From an uncultured Chlamydiae bacterium (GTDB taxonomy: Bacteria > Chlamydiota > Chlamydiia > Chlamydiales > JAJFMA01): a stretch of 64,000 nucleotides of DNA. The translations under genes and the position numbers were made by a program. This document shows positions 61,078 to 64,000 of the stretch, in pieces. Location of the stretch: contig CAVQMM010000001.1 of NCBI GenBank assembly GCA_963713615.1, positions 1,568,001 to 1,632,000 on the forward strand, in the 5' to 3' direction. A model generated the notes under the pieces. That model was not told the DNA's origin. It did not search any database and was given only the letters and a program-made list of their open reading frames with translations. Each line of letters opens with the position of its first letter. The stretch's first letter is position 1.

Positions 61078-62481
61078 GTGGAAAAGGAATTTGAAACATC
61101 GCTCTTTTTGTTTCGGCGTGATCTACGCCTTGAAGATAATACTGGCCTCATTTTTGCTCTTAAGCACTCCCATACTGTCATTCCAGCCTTTATCCTGACA
61201 CCAGAGCAGATCGAACACAATCCCTTTCGTAGCAATCATTGTCTCAAATTTATGATCGAATGTTTGAGAGATCTCGACAGTCAGCTGAAGGAAAAACACA
61301 GTAAACTCTATCTCTTTTCTGGAAAGCCTGACGAAATTGTAGACCTATGTATCTCTAAGCTACGTATAGAGGCCGTCATCGTCAACAGGGACTATACACC
61401 ATATAGCTTACAAAGAGACCGCAAAATCGAAAACAGCTGTATCTCTCATCATATTCCATTTTACTCTTTGGATGATGCCCTGTTACACCCCCCAGAGACC
61501 ACTTTGAAAAAAGATGGTACGCCCTATTCAATCTTTACTCCCTATTTCCGTAATGCATCAAAACAGCACGTTTTGCCACCCGTTGCCAACGGAAGAAATA
61601 ATTATTTCAATGGATCAATCCCTTTTTCAAAAGATAAGTCGTTGCTTTCCGAAATTCTCCCGGAAAATACAATCCACAACATATTAAGAGGTGGCCGGAC
61701 AGAGGGTCTGAAAATTCTCGAAAATCTCGGTTCTCTTAGTCAATATGAACACCAGCGGAATTTTCCTGCGAATGGTGGCTCCTCATACCTCTCTCCTTAT
61801 CTAAAATTTACCGTCTGCTCTCCGAGAGAAATTTATGCCGCTATCTGCAACAATCTAAGCGCACATCATGAATTAATCCGTTCGCTTTATTGGAGGGACT
61901 TTTTTACCGGGATAGCTTTGTTCTTTCCTCACGTATTTGAGGGGTCCTTTCATCCCAGGTTTGACAGATTAACTTGGTCAAATGACCCTAAAACTTATCA
62001 GCAATGGAACACTGGTATCACCGGATTTCCAATGGTCGATGCGGGAATGCGGGAAATGAATGAAACAGGCTTTATGCACAACCGTGTTCGAATGATCGCA
62101 GCATCATTCCTTGTCAAAGACCTGCACATCGATTGGAGATGGGGAGAAAAGTACTTTGCACAAACCCTGGTTGATTACGACCCAGCAGTGAATAACGGAA
62201 ATTGGCAATGGGTGGCCAGCACGGGTTGCGATGCTCAACCCTATTTCCGCATTTTCAATCCGTGGACTCAGCAGAAAAAATTTGATCCCGACTGTGTCTA
62301 TATCAAGAGATGGATTCCTGAACTCCGCGATCTCGCTCCTAAAGTCATCCATGCCTGGCATGAAGAAAAGCATCATCTCCTATGCCCTAGCTATCCCCAT
62401 CCTATGGTCAATCATGAACAAGCCGCAAAAGAAACCCTACGGTCTTACACATCGCTTCGGAGTCTTAAGAACGCTGAATAA
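61078..62481 (+). CDS. phrB: Deoxyribodipyrimidine photolyase / cryptochrome family
   Basis: FRRDLRLEDN, SYLSPYL, LYWRDF, TGFPMVDAGMR, MHNRVRM, DYDPAVNNGNWQW, YFRIFNP. Confidence 0.93.
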   Translation: MEKEFETSLFLFRRDLRLEDNTGLIFALKHSHTVIPAFILTPEQIEHNPFRSNHCLKFMIECLRDLDSQLKEKHSKLYLFSGKPDEIVDLCISKLRIEAVIVNRDYTPYSLQRDRKIENSCISHHIPFYSLDDALLHPPETTLKKDGTPYSIFTPYFRNASKQHVLPPVANGRNNYFNGSIPFSKDKSLLSEILPENTIHNILRGGRTEGLKILENLGSLSQYEHQRNFPANGGSSYLSPYLKFTVCSPREIYAAICNNLSAHHELIRSLYWRDFFTGIALFFPHVFEGSFHPRFDRLTWSNDPKTYQQWNTGITGFPMVDAGMREMNETGFMHNRVRMIAASFLVKDLHIDWRWGEKYFAQTLVDYDPAVNNGNWQWVASTGCDAQPYFRIFNPWTQQKKFDPDCVYIKRWIPELRDLAPKVIHAWHEEKHHLLCPSYPHPMVNHEQAAKETLRSYTSLRSLKNAE

Positions 62482-62567
62482 CTCTCTCCTGAGTGTGATT
62501 TGACAAATATTTCTTAGTTATGCCATGGGTGGAAAGCAGACTAATCCCATAAGAAAGAGGCCGAACC

Positions 62568-62894
62568 TTGGAAACTCTACTGATCCTCGGACTTATAGTT
62601 CTTGTCGTGGTTGTCTATTTCATTATTCAAACATTGCTGCGTCTGCAGGACACGTTACAAAAATTAGACCTCGTTCTAGTGGAAACGGAAGCAAAATTAA
62701 AGAAATTGAGTTCCCTGACCAATGCAGTGGAAAATATCAGCGACATCGTAGAGCGCGAAAGTGCAATCATGAAAGATGAATACGCACGCCAGAAACTCTG
62801 CGAAGTCAATGAGAAGTCGCTTGATTCAGGAGAGCTAGCTACGTGGATAGTTTCTAGTATAAAATTAGGTATAAAGATCCTTAACAGGAGATGA
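62568..62894 (+). CDS. Membrane-anchored coiled-coil protein (DUF948/YtxG-like)
   Basis: N-terminal TM then heptads; precedes YtxH-like genes. Confidence 0.65.
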   Translation: METLLILGLIVLVVVVYFIIQTLLRLQDTLQKLDLVLVETEAKLKKLSSLTNAVENISDIVERESAIMKDEYARQKLCEVNEKSLDSGELATWIVSSIKLGIKILNRR

Positions 62895-63472
62895 GTTTTA
62901 TGACTGGTACCAACGGATTCCTTAAAGGCGCCTTGATTGGCGGGGCATTGGCCGGAGTTGTAGGTCTATTACTAGCTCCAAAGCCAGGAGCTGCTCTACT
63001 CCAAGACATTTTAGATACCTATGATGCTGCCCAAAAAAATGGACACGATTTTATTGAAACGATTAAGGAAAAGGGTGCGTGCCTTACGCACTGGAGCGAA
63101 GAGGAGGAATGTGATGAATGTGATCACTCATTCCTAGTAGGCGGAGCTTTAGGTGCCGTCATTGCAGGCATCGCAGCTCTCTTGCTGGCTCCAGCTTCCG
63201 GAAAGAAATTAAGGAAATTGCTCGGTGATCAATACGATGATATCGTCGAAAAAGCCGAAGACTTCACTTCCAAGGTGGGAGATAAGGGAAGGCATGTCAT
63301 CGATGAAGTCAATGATTGGCGAGGTACTCTGGCTAGTCTCGTCAATAAGCTGTCTCATAGCGCCCCTAAAGGAAAACATCCTCATCACCGCAATGGATCG
63401 CACGTTAACGATATACTGGACTTGGCACATCTAGGAATTCGTCTTTATCAGCAATTCCAAAAAAGGGGATGA
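62891..63472 (+). CDS. YtxH-domain protein (two repeats)
   Basis: FLKGALIGGALAGVVGLLLAPKPG and ALLLAPASGKKLRK. Confidence 0.85.
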   Translation: MSFMTGTNGFLKGALIGGALAGVVGLLLAPKPGAALLQDILDTYDAAQKNGHDFIETIKEKGACLTHWSEEEECDECDHSFLVGGALGAVIAGIAALLLAPASGKKLRKLLGDQYDDIVEKAEDFTSKVGDKGRHVIDEVNDWRGTLASLVNKLSHSAPKGKHPHHRNGSHVNDILDLAHLGIRLYQQFQKRG

Positions 63473-63473
63473 T

Positions 63474-63746
63474 ATGATTTCTCAAAAACAATTTATTCTC
63501 GGGTGCCTAGTCGGCGGAGTATTTGGGGCGTCGGCAGCTTTATTGCTACCTACTGTCACACATGGTCTTAATGGTTTGACACGTTCACTAAACAAAAAAC
63601 AACCCCGTCATCGAAGTCAGGAAGCACACAGCCACAATCATGAGCATGTCGCGGCCAAGCATCATGCATCTGCACCTAGAAAAGTGCGCACCAAGAGACC
63701 TTCAAGTACAAGAAAGACGAAGGGGGCCTCGAAGGAGAGCTCGTAA
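63474..63746 (+). CDS. Small YtxH-like protein with His/Lys-rich tail
   Basis: FILGCLVGGVFGASAALLLP. Confidence 0.7.
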   Translation: MISQKQFILGCLVGGVFGASAALLLPTVTHGLNGLTRSLNKKQPRHRSQEAHSHNHEHVAAKHHASAPRKVRTKRPSSTRKTKGASKESS

Positions 63747-63871
63747 AGCTCTGGACCCTAGTAAGCCCACTGAACATTTTTGTATTTAAGCATCATCGAA
63801 TAACACGCGCGCAGCGCTTTGGAGCCCCAACCGACTGCGTCGCCAATATCCTAAAGTAACAAGGTTTCCTA

Positions 63872-64000
63872 TGTGGCGCAGTCATTCCATGACTGCGAAC
63901 AATCCGTTGCAATTGTGGAGACGTGCAAAACAAACGTCCCATGTGATGCAAACGGAATCTGTTTCAACCGTTCTCGCAGTCATGGAATGACTGCGCCACA
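63872..64000. repeat. Inverted doublet of 27-bp palindromic REP-like units
   Basis: TGTGGCGCAGTCATTCCATGACTGCGA (63872-63898) and its exact reverse complement (63974-64000). Confidence 0.85.

Noticed and set aside
1..64000. Numerous 60-200 aa ORFs antisense to or overlapping the called genes; also searched for integrase, cas, rRNA and conjugation genes
   Set aside because: The shadow ORFs lack RBS or motif support; none of the searched gene types was recognisable in this window.

Overview
Bacterial DNA. About 58 kb (1 to ~57.8 kb) is a heavily IS-scarred genomic/defence island, followed by ordinary housekeeping-type genes (cobQ, YbjT-like SDR, photolyase, YtxH-like cluster). The host may be an environmental Chlamydiae-type bacterium (weak inference). 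Island landmarks are two related att-like remnants carrying the 3' half of a tRNA(CAT) (16.3 kb and 57.7 kb) and a 145-bp copy of the cobQ 3' end at 135-279; no integrase is in the window. Mobile DNA: ISAs1 x2 (one split by an IS21 with 205-bp inverted ends), IS66 x3 (each with a passenger gene), IS1634, an ISKra4-like element, a RAYT with REP-like ends, three distinct MITE types and remnants of a primase-bearing satellite-like element. Defence-type cargo: DarTG, Mrr, HNH, a RelE/HTH pair, ABC-ATPase + TOPRIM-like pair, HTH-IrrE + PIN, and an ATPase-nuclease. Two highlights. (1) A five-gene operon (ClpB-like AAA+, NrdG-like radical SAM, 2.8-kaa kinase-DUF4011-SF1 helicase-nuclease, coiled-coil protein, 51-aa basic peptide) whose giant protein has a matched A3-B3 internal repeat expansion. 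(2) A 90-aa signal-peptide/(CSxx)6 Cys-repeat peptide gene that appears only after removing IS1634 and sits at the head of an operon with two large membrane proteins. All family assignments come from motif recognition by eye; no database searches were run.
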